A stretch of DNA of 64,000 bases from Kofleriaceae bacterium (GTDB lineage Bacteria; Myxococcota_A; Polyangia; Haliangiales; Haliangiaceae). This document shows, piece after piece, positions 37,624-46,644 of this stretch. The position numbers and the translations under genes are program-made. The notes under the pieces are model-generated. The model saw nothing but the letters and a program-made list of their open reading frames with translations. It did no database searches and was not told the origin of the DNA. Within the stretch, counting starts at the first letter, position 1. Each line of letters opens with the position of its first letter. The DNA is taken from contig DATLHR010000146.1 of assembly GCA_035539815.1 (NCBI GenBank), positions 8,063-72,062 of the forward strand. Direction: 5' to 3'.

Positions 37624-37637
37624 TTGCGCTGCAACAA
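37624..37637. promoter_or_regulatory. candidate PhaR operator (TTGC-N3-GCAA) abutting the phasin promoter
   Basis: TTGCGCTGCAACAA, 7 nt upstream of a TTGACA -35 box. Confidence 0.4.
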
Positions 37638-37644
37638 TTCGCGG

Positions 37645-37673
37645 TTGACAGGAGGCCACGAGGTCCTTAGGGT
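37645..37673 (+). promoter_or_regulatory. candidate sigma-70-type promoter of the phasin gene
   Basis: TTGACA (37645-37650), a 17-nt spacer, then TAGGGT (37668-37673). A GAAAGGAA Shine-Dalgarno-like stretch precedes the ATG at 37696. Confidence 0.4.
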
Positions 37674-37695
37674 GGCGCGCGAAAGGAACACAGCG

Positions 37696-38019
37696 ATGGC
37701 GAACACCGAGACCAAGACCACCCCGAAGACCGAGACCTCGAACCCGTTCATGGGGGCGTTCACGTCGTTCGACCCGACGGGTGCGTGGGCGCAGAGCCAG
37801 CAAGCGTTCTCCAAGCTGGTGGCCGACTCGGTCGCGCGCTGGCAGACGTTCGCCGAGCAGTACGCGGCGGTCGAGCAGCAGGTGGCCACGCACGCGCACG
37901 ACGCGGTGAACCAGTGGGCGCAGCTGGCGAAGGACGCGATCGCGTACGGCGCGCAGCTCTCGGGCGAAGCGCGCAAGCTCTCGATCGAGACCGCGAAGAA
38001 GCTGGGCGTCCAGGTGTGA
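37696..38019 (+). CDS. phasin-like PHA granule-associated protein
   Basis: 107 aa. The composition is helical and Ala/Gln-rich with no Cys (FDPTGAWAQSQQAFSKLVADSVARWQTFAEQYAAVEQQ). It sits beside phaR and the PHA operon and is preceded by the operator-like dyad. Confidence 0.6.
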   Translation: MANTETKTTPKTETSNPFMGAFTSFDPTGAWAQSQQAFSKLVADSVARWQTFAEQYAAVEQQVATHAHDAVNQWAQLAKDAIAYGAQLSGEARKLSIETAKKLGVQV

Positions 38020-38198
38020 TCGCGGCCGCGTGACGCACTGGCCTGCGACGACAGCACGAGAGGCGCAGCGCGCCACACCGCCCTGGCGCACGTGCAACGC
38101 GAGTAGCCACCGAGGGCGCGTGCCCCCGGCCGCGAAAGCACAGGCGACCGGAATCGCTAGCGATCGCTACGGGTCCGGCCGTTGCAGCACCGGCCAGC

Positions 38199-38735
38199 AT
38201 GCGAACGATCGCCAGGTTCTTCGTCCTCACGATGGTGGTCGCGGGGTGCGGTGCGGAATCCAGCAGCGACAACCCGGATGCCGGCGACACGCCCGACGGC
38301 GACGTCTGCTCGATGCCGGACGCCGGCGTCGGCGAGACGTGCGCCACGAGCGATGACTGCACGTGCGGCACGACGTGCTCGGGGCTGCGTTGCGTCGCGC
38401 CGGCCGCGTGCAATGAAGCGCTGCTGTCGTGGGACGGCCCGGTCGCGAACACCGATGGCAGCTGCCTGACCGATCTCGGCGGCTTCAAGGTGCGCTGGGG
38501 CACGACGATGGGCGGCCCCTACGACAACGAAGCCGACGTCATGGCCAGCTCGTGCGCGATGGGCGAAGCGATGGCGTGCGGGGACGCGGGCGAGACCGTG
38601 ACGCAGCTGAAGTGCAGCTACCGTTTGACGGACCTTCCGAACGGTACCGTCTACATCACGGTCGCGTCGTACAGCACGACCGGCGTCGAGAGTGTTCCCA
38701 CCGGCGAGGCGTCCAAGATGATCGCGTGCCCGTGA
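38199..38735 (+). CDS. lipoprotein with Cys-rich segment and fibronectin-III-like domain
   Basis: Lipobox FFVLTMVVAGCG. The LSWDGPVANTDGS...GGFKVRWGTT...YRLTDLPNGTVYITVASYSTTGVES pattern is FN3-like. Confidence 0.55.
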   Translation: MRTIARFFVLTMVVAGCGAESSSDNPDAGDTPDGDVCSMPDAGVGETCATSDDCTCGTTCSGLRCVAPAACNEALLSWDGPVANTDGSCLTDLGGFKVRWGTTMGGPYDNEADVMASSCAMGEAMACGDAGETVTQLKCSYRLTDLPNGTVYITVASYSTTGVESVPTGEASKMIACP

Positions 38736-38748
38736 TACGGTCGCGCCC

Positions 38749-41700
38749 ATGTTGCTGGCGCGCGTTCTAGGTCATTCGTTCATCGTTGCGGCGACGGTGC
38801 TGGCGGGCTGCGGAGACAACATCGTCCGGACCGGCGGCGAGAACACCGCACCCGTCGTGGAGCCTCTGTCGTTGAGCACGACGGAGGATCTGCCCGTGAC
38901 CGGGACGCTCGTGGCGACCGACGCCGACGGCGATCCGCTGACGCTCACGCTCGGCACGCCGATGCACGGCACCGTCACCAATGCGGAGCTCGCGCTGACC
39001 TATACACCCGAGGCGAACTTCAACGGCGCCGACACGTTCTCGGTCACGGTCTCCGACGGCACCACGGAGACCGTCGCGACCGTGACGGTCATCGTCACGC
39101 CCACGAACGATGGACCGGTCGCGGTCGACGACTCGTTCGCGACCCCCGAGGACACGGCGCTCGTGCTCACCGAAGCGCAGTTGGTCGCGAATGACACCGA
39201 CGTCGATGCCGGCGATACGCTCAGCGTGACCGCGGTCAGCGGCGCGACCAACGGCACCGTCGCGCTCGCGGGTACAACGATCACGTTCACACCCACGACG
39301 GACTTCGTCGGTAACGCGACGTTCACGTACACCGTCAGCGATGGCACGAGCACCGACACCGGCACGGTGACGGTCGCCGTCGGCGGCGCGAACGATGCGC
39401 CGGTCGCGGTGGACGACGACGCGACCACCGCGGAAGACACGCCGCTCGTGATCTCCGACGCGACGCTGATCAGCAACGACTCCGATCCCGACGGGCAGAC
39501 GGTGACGGTCACCGCGGTCGACAACGCGACCAACGGCACCGTCGCGCTCGCGTCTGGCGACGTGACGTTCACGCCGGACGCGAACTTCGTCGGCACCGCG
39601 ACGTTCGAGTACACGCTCTCGGACGGCACGCTCATCGACACCGGGCTCGTCACCGTCACGGTCACCCCCGTGAACGACGCGCCGGTGGCCGTCGATGACA
39701 CCGCGAACACCGACGAGGACACCGCGGTCGTGATCGACGCCGCCGATCTGCTCGCGAACGACACCGACGTCGAGAACGACGCGCTCGTGGTGACCATCGT
39801 CGACAACGCGTCGAGCGGCACGGTCGCGATCGCCGGCACCGACATCACGTACACGCCCGCCGCCAACTTCACGGGCACCGCGACGTTCGATTACACGGTG
39901 AGCGACGGCAACCTCACCGACGTCGGCACGGTCACCGTGACCGTCGGCGCGGTCGACGACGCCCCGGTCGCCGTGAACGATACGATCGACGCGGTCGAGG
40001 ACACGCCGATCATGATCGATGCGTCGGACCTGCTCGCGAACGACACCGACGGCGATGGCGACACGCTGACCATCACCGCCGTCGGCACCGCGTCGAGCGG
40101 CACGGCCTCGCTCTCCGGCACCGTCATCACCTACACCCCGGCGCCGAACGCGAACGGCACCGTGACGTTCACCTACACGATCACCGACGGCACCTCGACG
40201 GCGACCGCCACGGTCACCGTCAACGTCATGGCGGTGAACGACGCGCCGGTCGCCGTCGATGACATGCGCGCGACGGCGGTCGACACGCCGCTCGTGGTCT
40301 CCGGGACGGATCTCGCGGCCAACGACCTCGACGTCGATGGCGACACGCTGATGGTGACCGCCGTCGCCAACGCGATGAACGGCACCGTCCAGCTCGCGGG
40401 CGGCATCGTCACGTTCACGCCGGCGGCGGGCTTCGACGGCACCGCGACGTTCGAGTACACGGTCTTCGACGGCGTCCTCATGGACACCGGCACCGTCACG
40501 GTCACGGTCATCCCGAACGTGGTCCCCGTCGCCGTCGACGACACCGCCTCGACGGCGGAGGACACGGCGCTCGTGCTCGACGGAGCGACCCTGGTCGCCA
40601 ACGACGTCGATCCCGACCCCCAGACGCTCGTGGTGAGCGCCGTCGCCAACGCGACGAACGGCAGCGTGCAGCTCGCCGGCACCACCATCACGTTCACGCC
40701 GGCGGCCAACTTCGAGGGCGCGGCCACGTTCGAGTACACGGTCTCCGATGGCATCTCGACTGACGTCGGCCTCGTGACCGTCAACGTGACGGCGGCCCCG
40801 GACGCCCCGACCGCGACCGACGATACGGCCACCGTCGCCGAGGACAGCTCGGTGATGATCCCGAGCGCGACGCTCCTCGCCAACGACTCCGACCCCGACA
40901 CGGGCGCGGTGCTCAGTATCACCACCGTCGGTAACGCCTCGAACGGCACCGTCTCGTTCGCGGGCGGCATCGTCACGTACACGCCCGCCGCGAACTTCGA
41001 GGGCACCGCGACCTTCACGTACACCGTCTCCGACGGCACCCTGACCGATACCGGCACGGTCACCGTCACCGTGACGCCGGTCAACGATGCCCCCGAGGCC
41101 GTCGGTGACAGCGCGACGACGCCCGAGGATACGCAGCTCGTCTTCACCGCGGCCAACCTCGCGCTCAACGATCTCGACATCGACGTCGGCGCGACGCTCT
41201 CGGTGACGGCGGTCGGCAACGCCACCAACGGCACGGTCCAGCTCGCGGGCGGCGCGATCACGTTCATGCCGGCGGCGAACTTCAACGGCACCGCGACGTT
41301 CGAGTACACCGTGTCGGACACGATTGCGTCCGACACCGGCGTGGTCACCGTGACGGTCACGCCGGTCAATGATGCCCCCGTGGCCGGTGACGACACCGTG
41401 ACCGCGCTGGGCAACACGGACACGCTGATCGCGGAGGCCACGCTGCTCGCGAACGACAACGACATCGATGGCCCGTCGCTGTCGGTGACGGCGGTCGGCG
41501 ATGCCATGAACGGCAGCGTCTCGCTCGCGGGCGGCGTGATCACGTTCACGCCGACTACGGACTTCCTCGGCACCGCCTCGTTCACCTACACGGTGAGCGA
41601 CGGCACGGTGAGCGACACCGCGACCGTGACGGTCTCGGTGGAGTCGGCGTGTGGTGACGGCGTCGTCACGCCCGACGAGGAGTGCGACGACGGCGACCTC

Positions 41701-42789
41701 GACGATGACGACGGGTGCACCAGCCAGTGCGTTGAGGGCGTGGTGTGCGATGCGACCGCGTTCCCCGGTGGTAATCGCTTCACGGTCGATCCGTTCACCG
41801 GTCACTGCTACGTCGCCTACGACGACACGATGACGACCTACGCCGACGCGCAGACCGCATGCGTCGACGCGGGCGGTTACCTGGCCACCATCACCAGCGC
41901 CGGCGAGCAGACCATCGTCGCGTCGCTCCAGGCCGCAGACCAGTCGCCGTGGATCGGGGCGGCCGACGACGCGAACACGACGGACACCGTGTTCCAGTGG
42001 GTCACCGGCGAGACGTGGGCCTATACCAACTTCGCCACGGGCGAGCCCGACAACGACGAAGGACTCGGCGCTGCCGCGGACTGCCTGCACCTCGTCGATG
42101 GCGAGCCGACGTGGGCCGACACCAACTGCAACCTGACGACGTTCGTCGTCGGTCAGATCTGCGAGGTCGAGCCGGAGGCGTGTGGCGACAGCGTGATCCA
42201 GCCCGGCGAGACCTGCGATGACGGCAACGCGACGGATGGCGACGGCTGCAGCGCGACGTGCACGATCGAGCCGATCCTGATCAGCGAGTACGTCGAGGGC
42301 GCCAGTTTCAACAAGGCGATCGAGCTCCGCAATCCCTCGGTGACCACCCCGTACGACCTCGCGGCGAATGCGTGTGTCCTCCAGCAGCACAACAACGGCA
42401 GCATGACCGTGTCGTCCTCGTTCTCCCTTACCGGCACGATCGCGCCGAATGACGTGCGGGTGTTCTGCGATGATGCGACTACTTCGCAGCCGTTGAAGGA
42501 TGTCTGCGACGTGCTCACCAACTCTGCGGTGTTCGACTTTAATGGAGACGATGCACTGGTGCTTCGCTGCGGCGGCGTCGTTCTCGATGTCATCGGCCAA
42601 ATTGGCGTGGACCCTGGCAGCGAGTGGGGCACGGGCCTGACGTCCACGCAGGACAACACGCTCCGCCGCAAGTGCACCGTCACGCGTGGCGACACCGATG
42701 GCACCAACGCGTTCGACCCGGCCACCGAGTGGGACGGCTTCGCCGTCGATACCTTCGACGGCCTGGGCGTGAACGAGTGCGCGCCCTAG
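38749..42789 (+). CDS. giant secreted adhesin-like lipoprotein: 10 cadherin-like ~95-aa repeats, Cys-rich repeat, C-type lectin domain, Cys-rich repeat, lamin-tail domain
   Basis: 1346 aa. Lipobox VAATVLAGCG. Repeat consensus is NDAPVAVDD..T.EDT.L.I....LLANDTD.DGD.L.VTAV..A.NGTV.L.G..ITFTP.ANF.GTATF.YTVSDG...DTGTVTVTV. The lectin-like segment is WIGAADDANTTDTVFQWVTGETWAYTNFATGEPDN...CLHL....WADTNC. The LTD-like segment is ILISEYVEGASFNKAIELRNPS...GDDALVL. Confidence 0.85.
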   Translation: MLLARVLGHSFIVAATVLAGCGDNIVRTGGENTAPVVEPLSLSTTEDLPVTGTLVATDADGDPLTLTLGTPMHGTVTNAELALTYTPEANFNGADTFSVTVSDGTTETVATVTVIVTPTNDGPVAVDDSFATPEDTALVLTEAQLVANDTDVDAGDTLSVTAVSGATNGTVALAGTTITFTPTTDFVGNATFTYTVSDGTSTDTGTVTVAVGGANDAPVAVDDDATTAEDTPLVISDATLISNDSDPDGQTVTVTAVDNATNGTVALASGDVTFTPDANFVGTATFEYTLSDGTLIDTGLVTVTVTPVNDAPVAVDDTANTDEDTAVVIDAADLLANDTDVENDALVVTIVDNASSGTVAIAGTDITYTPAANFTGTATFDYTVSDGNLTDVGTVTVTVGAVDDAPVAVNDTIDAVEDTPIMIDASDLLANDTDGDGDTLTITAVGTASSGTASLSGTVITYTPAPNANGTVTFTYTITDGTSTATATVTVNVMAVNDAPVAVDDMRATAVDTPLVVSGTDLAANDLDVDGDTLMVTAVANAMNGTVQLAGGIVTFTPAAGFDGTATFEYTVFDGVLMDTGTVTVTVIPNVVPVAVDDTASTAEDTALVLDGATLVANDVDPDPQTLVVSAVANATNGSVQLAGTTITFTPAANFEGAATFEYTVSDGISTDVGLVTVNVTAAPDAPTATDDTATVAEDSSVMIPSATLLANDSDPDTGAVLSITTVGNASNGTVSFAGGIVTYTPAANFEGTATFTYTVSDGTLTDTGTVTVTVTPVNDAPEAVGDSATTPEDTQLVFTAANLALNDLDIDVGATLSVTAVGNATNGTVQLAGGAITFMPAANFNGTATFEYTVSDTIASDTGVVTVTVTPVNDAPVAGDDTVTALGNTDTLIAEATLLANDNDIDGPSLSVTAVGDAMNGSVSLAGGVITFTPTTDFLGTASFTYTVSDGTVSDTATVTVSVESACGDGVVTPDEECDDGDLDDDDGCTSQCVEGVVCDATAFPGGNRFTVDPFTGHCYVAYDDTMTTYADAQTACVDAGGYLATITSAGEQTIVASLQAADQSPWIGAADDANTTDTVFQWVTGETWAYTNFATGEPDNDEGLGAAADCLHLVDGEPTWADTNCNLTTFVVGQICEVEPEACGDSVIQPGETCDDGNATDGDGCSATCTIEPILISEYVEGASFNKAIELRNPSVTTPYDLAANACVLQQHNNGSMTVSSSFSLTGTIAPNDVRVFCDDATTSQPLKDVCDVLTNSAVFDFNGDDALVLRCGGVVLDVIGQIGVDPGSEWGTGLTSTQDNTLRRKCTVTRGDTDGTNAFDPATEWDGFAVDTFDGLGVNECAP
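38839..41640 (+). repeat. 10 tandem coding repeats (~280 nt / ~95 aa each) inside the adhesin gene
   Basis: Repeat units begin at ENTAPVV, NDGPVAV, NDAPVAV (x3), DDAPVAV, NVVPVAV, PDAPTAT, NDAPEAV and NDAPVAG. DNA-level similarity is visible (recurrent gtcgacgac...gaggacacg...aacggcaccgtc...acgttcacgcc). Confidence 0.8.
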
Positions 42790-42790
42790 G

Positions 42791-43459
42791 TCACGCGGCG
42801 TAGAGGTCGTGCATCGTCACGCATTCGAGCCCCGCGGTTCGGAGGCCGTCGACGATGCCGGGGAGGGCGTCGAGGGTCCACTGCTGGCCCTCGTGGAGGA
42901 GGAGGACGTCGCCCGGACGAACGCCTCCGCCGGCGCAGCGCGCGACGATGGCGTCGGCGTCGCGCTCGCCGTGGTCGAGGGTGTCGATCGACCACAGCGC
43001 GACGGTGTAGCGCGCGAACAGCAGCGAGAACAGGGAGCGCGCGTCGAGCGAGCCGTGCGGTGGGCGCACCCACGAGCGCCCGGTGAGCTGGCCGCCGATG
43101 GCCTCGTCGGTGCGCGCGCACTGGTCGAGGAGCTCCTGGCGCCCGAGCTGTGTGAAGCGGCGATGGTCGAAGCCGTGGCTCGCGATCTGGTGGCCGCGGC
43201 GCCGATATTCGCGCACGAGGTGTGGGTGAGCGGCGGCGCGCTGACCGACGAGGAAGAACGTCGCCGGCACGCCGAGCTTGTCGAGCAGCTCGAGGTAGCG
43301 TGGGGTCATCGCATCGGGACCGTCGTCGAACGTGAGCGCGACGCGGTTCGCGAGGGCCGGTCCTCGGCGCCGGACGCCGGGGACTCGGTCCATCACGGCA
43401 TCGCGGATGCGTGCGCGAAAGGAGGGCATCACCCCTTTGGGATACGGGGCATCCTGCAC
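42791..43459 (-). CDS. polysaccharide deacetylase (NodB homology / CE4)
   Basis: Motifs VALTFDDGPD, ATFFLVG and ASHGFDHRRF. 222 aa. Confidence 0.85.
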   Translation of the reverse strand: MQDAPYPKGVMPSFRARIRDAVMDRVPGVRRRGPALANRVALTFDDGPDAMTPRYLELLDKLGVPATFFLVGQRAAAHPHLVREYRRRGHQIASHGFDHRRFTQLGRQELLDQCARTDEAIGGQLTGRSWVRPPHGSLDARSLFSLLFARYTVALWSIDTLDHGERDADAIVARCAGGGVRPGDVLLLHEGQQWTLDALPGIVDGLRTAGLECVTMHDLYAA

Positions 43460-43567
43460 GCGGACAAGGCGCTGTGAGGCGCCCTAACCGTGCTGCTCGG
43501 TATGCGTACCCCGAGCGCGGCGGCACGGTCGTGCCTCCGGAGCACGGGGCTCGATCAGGGTTCGCGA

Positions 43568-44671
43568 TCAGGGTTCAATCGTCGAGTCGGTCACGATGAT
43601 CGGGGTGTCGTCGTGCGCGGAGATCATCGGGTACTGCGTGTACCAGCTGCCGCCGGTGTTGTGCGTGATCGTCGAGCGGTCGATCCGGACGTCGCCGGTG
43701 TGATTGTTGGAGACGAAGAAGATGGCACTGCCGTGCTGCACGACGTCGTTGTCGTGGATGAGGGTGCCGCAGACGGTCAGGGTCATCTCGTTGCCGTCGT
43801 TGTAGATCGCGCCGCCGCTGCCACCGCCCGGCGTGTCGGCCTGCGCCGGGTTACCGCCGTTGCCGATGGCGTGGTTGTGCGAGAACACGCTGTTGAGCAC
43901 CGTCCACGACACGCCGATGCTGCTGATCCCGCCGCCGTTGCTGCACGTGTTGCCGTAGCCCTCGGCGCCGCCGAACGTGGAGTCGACGACGTAGAGCGGC
44001 TCGCCGTTGAACTGGCTGAACGCGCGCACCGCGGCACCGCCGACGTCGGGACCGGTGTCGGCGCACACGTTGTTGAAGAACCTCGACTTCACGATGCGCA
44101 GCCGCCCACCGCGCGCCCAGATCGCGCCGCCGCCGTCGTACTCGGTCTCGTGCTTGGAGCTCGCGTCGATGAAGGTGAGGTTCTGGACGGTGAGGCGAGG
44201 GTGATCCTGGTCCTGACAGTGATCGGTGGTCCAGTGCTGGGCCTGGTCGCACGTGTTCATGTAGAGGATGCGCGTGCGCCCGGCGCCGCTGAGCGTGACC
44301 TTGCCGCCGCCGTCGATGACGATCTCGGGCCCGGTGTCGTTGAAGATCTTCGCCGGCCGGTCGAGCGTGATGGTCACGGGATCCGGACCGCAGTCGAACG
44401 TGATCACACCGCCCGCCGCGACCGCCGCGATGAAGGCGTCGCCCGTGCAGCTCTCGGGCGTCCCCGTGCCGACGACCGTGCGCGGGCTCGAGCTGTCGGC
44501 CAGGCCGGCGCCCGCGGGCACCGTGCAGCCGCCGTTCGGATTGCCCGCGGCGGGACCGGTCACCGGATCCGTCATCGGATCCGGTGGCGGTTGATCGTCG
44601 CCATCGCCTTCGCTGCCGCCGCAGCCGGCTGCGAGCACGAGCGCGGCGAGCATGGACTGGACGCGTGTCAT
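43568..44671 (-). CDS. lipoprotein with right-handed parallel beta-helix (pectate-lyase-fold) repeats
   Basis: ATG at 44671 gives MTRVQSMLAALVLAAGCGG. There are recurrent GGGAIW / GGGISS / GGSGGAIYNDG..... turns with N/D/G-rich ~22-aa periodicity. Confidence 0.65.
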   Translation of the reverse strand: MTRVQSMLAALVLAAGCGGSEGDGDDQPPPDPMTDPVTGPAAGNPNGGCTVPAGAGLADSSSPRTVVGTGTPESCTGDAFIAAVAAGGVITFDCGPDPVTITLDRPAKIFNDTGPEIVIDGGGKVTLSGAGRTRILYMNTCDQAQHWTTDHCQDQDHPRLTVQNLTFIDASSKHETEYDGGGAIWARGGRLRIVKSRFFNNVCADTGPDVGGAAVRAFSQFNGEPLYVVDSTFGGAEGYGNTCSNGGGISSIGVSWTVLNSVFSHNHAIGNGGNPAQADTPGGGSGGAIYNDGNEMTLTVCGTLIHDNDVVQHGSAIFFVSNNHTGDVRIDRSTITHNTGGSWYTQYPMISAHDDTPIIVTDSTIEP

Positions 44672-44702
44672 GGGGCCCTCCGCGCCCCAGTCTACGCCGC
44701 GG

Positions 44703-45722
44703 CTACTTCGCCTGATAGTTCTGATAGACGGGGGCCGCCGCGGCCGGCGCACCCTCGACCCGCTCGTCGGCGAAGTCGACCGAGGCCTTCGCCGCGTGCG
44801 GGGCCTTCTTCATCTTGGTGCTCGCCGCCTTGGTCTTGTAGCTCTCCTGCTCCGCGGCCTTGTCCACGTCGGCCATGAACGTCTTGACCTGGGTCGCCGT
44901 CGGCGGCTTCGCATCCTTCGCGGCGGCGATGTCGATCGCCTCGGTGAGGTACGACTTCACCAGCTTCTTCTGCAGCTTGTTGAACAGCTTCGGCGACGCG
45001 AACATGTCGACGGTGGCGACCTTGCCGTTGAGCGCGACGGCGTACCCGATCATCCGGTTGCGGTCCTCGGCCGGCAGCTTCGCGAGCGCCGCCTCGATCG
45101 CCTTCTCGCGCTTGGCCAGCGTGCCGTCCGACTGCTGCGTCGCCACCTTGCGGTAGGTGTCCGTCGAGCTCTTGGTCTTGCGCAGCTCGTTCTTGCGCGC
45201 GACCTCGTTCCACACGTCCTGCTGGCTCTCGTAGCTGGCCTGGTAGCGCAGGCGTCCGTGCGCGAGCGCGTTCGCCGTCGCGAACGACTTGCTCGAGTTG
45301 TCCCACCGGCCGTGCTCGACGCAGAACACGGGCACCTCCTGCGTCGTCTTGGCCGGGATGACCGTGTTCTTGCCGATGATGCGGTCCTGCTTGCCGCCGA
45401 GGATCACCTCACCGGCGAGCAGGAACACCGGGCGGTCGGCGTCGTTGCGGAACGTCAGGCTGTTGACGTTGCCCTCGTCGAACTCGGTGATGCGGACCTG
45501 CTTGCTCGCCATGCCCTCGTCGAGCACGAGCAGCTCCGGGTCCTGCTTCGGCATCCCGGTGGCGGTCGCGACGATCGGTGTGATCGTCACGCTGTCGACC
45601 TGGATCGGCGCCAGCAGGGTGGCCTGCTCCGAGAGTGCGAGCTTCGGATCCGACTTGGTGTCGGCGGCGGCGGTGATGGACAGCGTTAGGGCGATCGCGG
45701 ACAGACCAAGAGCAGGACGCAT
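44703..45722 (-). CDS. secreted hypothetical protein, Lys-rich, conserved CVEHGRW motif
   Basis: 339 aa with signal peptide MRPALGLSAIALTLSITAAA. The coding periodicity is clear. Lys content is unusually high and local GC is lower than in neighbouring genes. Confidence 0.6.
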   Translation of the reverse strand: MRPALGLSAIALTLSITAAADTKSDPKLALSEQATLLAPIQVDSVTITPIVATATGMPKQDPELLVLDEGMASKQVRITEFDEGNVNSLTFRNDADRPVFLLAGEVILGGKQDRIIGKNTVIPAKTTQEVPVFCVEHGRWDNSSKSFATANALAHGRLRYQASYESQQDVWNEVARKNELRKTKSSTDTYRKVATQQSDGTLAKREKAIEAALAKLPAEDRNRMIGYAVALNGKVATVDMFASPKLFNKLQKKLVKSYLTEAIDIAAAKDAKPPTATQVKTFMADVDKAAEQESYKTKAASTKMKKAPHAAKASVDFADERVEGAPAAAAPVYQNYQAK

Positions 45723-45811
45723 GGGGCCTCCAGGGATGTGGAACGCCCTTCCGACACATCCGATCTAACCGACGTTGCTCATCGGATGTCAGGCCTGCGT
45801 AAGGAGCCGGT

Positions 45812-46537
45812 TCATTTCGCGAAGCAGCGCGCGAGCGGACCGGCGCTCGCATCGAGGAGCGTCACCTGCACGTCATCGATCTGGTAGCAGCTGCCCCCAT
45901 CGTCGGGGCCGAAGTAGCCTGGCGGCGGGCCGCTGCACGTCGGTCGCAGCGTGAACAACGCGATCTTCCGCTGCGTCGCGCGGACGTGTGCCACGACCAC
46001 CTCGTCGCCGCGGCGGGCCTCCGCGACGACGCCGACCTCGCGTCGCAGCAGTCGCCGCTTGCCCGCGCGCACCTCGACCGCGAGCTCCGCTGCCGGGAAC
46101 CCGTTGTCCTGCTGTCCGGGCGTCGCCTTCCACGCCCCTTTGATCGTGCAGCGGTTCTTCGTCGGTCCGCGCGCGACGATCGGCGCGAACCCGTGCGCGG
46201 CGAGCGCGGTGGCGAGCTGTGCTGCGGGCACCGCCTCGAACACGCCCACCTCCTCCTCGAGCCGCTTCGCATCGTCGCCGGTCACCGCCGAGAGCGCGCC
46301 GAGCACGTTGCCGCGCACGTCGCGCAGCTCGGTGTACGCGATCGTGCCGCGCACTTCATCGATCGATCCTTCGTCCTGGCGCTCCTCGCACCACGCGAGC
46401 GTCGCCGGCACCGCGAACGCCTCCAGCGCCTCGGAGAACAGCGTGGGCGCGCCGTAGGTCGTGCCGGTGTCCTCGCAGATCCCGGTCGCGTACCCCGCGG
46501 CTGGGAGCATCAGGAGGAGGAGGCCGAGGACCCGCAT
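45812..46537 (-). CDS. secreted hypothetical protein
   Basis: ATG at 46537 gives MRVLGLLLLMLPAAGYATG. There is no recognisable domain. The upstream 53 codons of the ORF are rejected. Confidence 0.5.
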   Translation of the reverse strand: MRVLGLLLLMLPAAGYATGICEDTGTTYGAPTLFSEALEAFAVPATLAWCEERQDEGSIDEVRGTIAYTELRDVRGNVLGALSAVTGDDAKRLEEEVGVFEAVPAAQLATALAAHGFAPIVARGPTKNRCTIKGAWKATPGQQDNGFPAAELAVEVRAGKRRLLRREVGVVAEARRGDEVVVAHVRATQRKIALFTLRPTCSGPPPGYFGPDDGGSCYQIDDVQVTLLDASAGPLARCFAK

Positions 46538-46644
46538 CGTCGAGCAACGCGCCAGTGACCTCCGGTATTCCCGCCGGTGGAGCGTGGTATGCGCTCGCCG
46601 GACTCTGCCAGCTCGCCGGGACGCTTCCCGTGATACGGCATCGC

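Noticed and set aside
38158-38169. Perfect 12-bp palindrome TAGCGATCGCTA (GCGATCGC core) 30 nt upstream of the 38199 lipoprotein gene
   Set aside because: There is a single occurrence in the window, and it is short enough to arise by chance in GC-rich DNA. There is no second half-site or partner regulator nearby. It may be an operator, but this is unsupported.
38839-41640. Regular ~280-nt periodic repeats, considered as a possible CRISPR or satellite array
   Set aside because: The period is far too long for CRISPR, and there is no short conserved repeat with unique spacers. The repeats stay in one reading frame and encode a cadherin-like domain, so they are coding tandem repeats.
38767-42600. 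1277-aa minus-strand ORF across the adhesin gene
   Set aside because: It is the antisense of the repeat-rich adhesin. Its translation is repetitive RR/DR/GD low-complexity sequence, while the plus-strand frame has a lipobox and recognisable domains.
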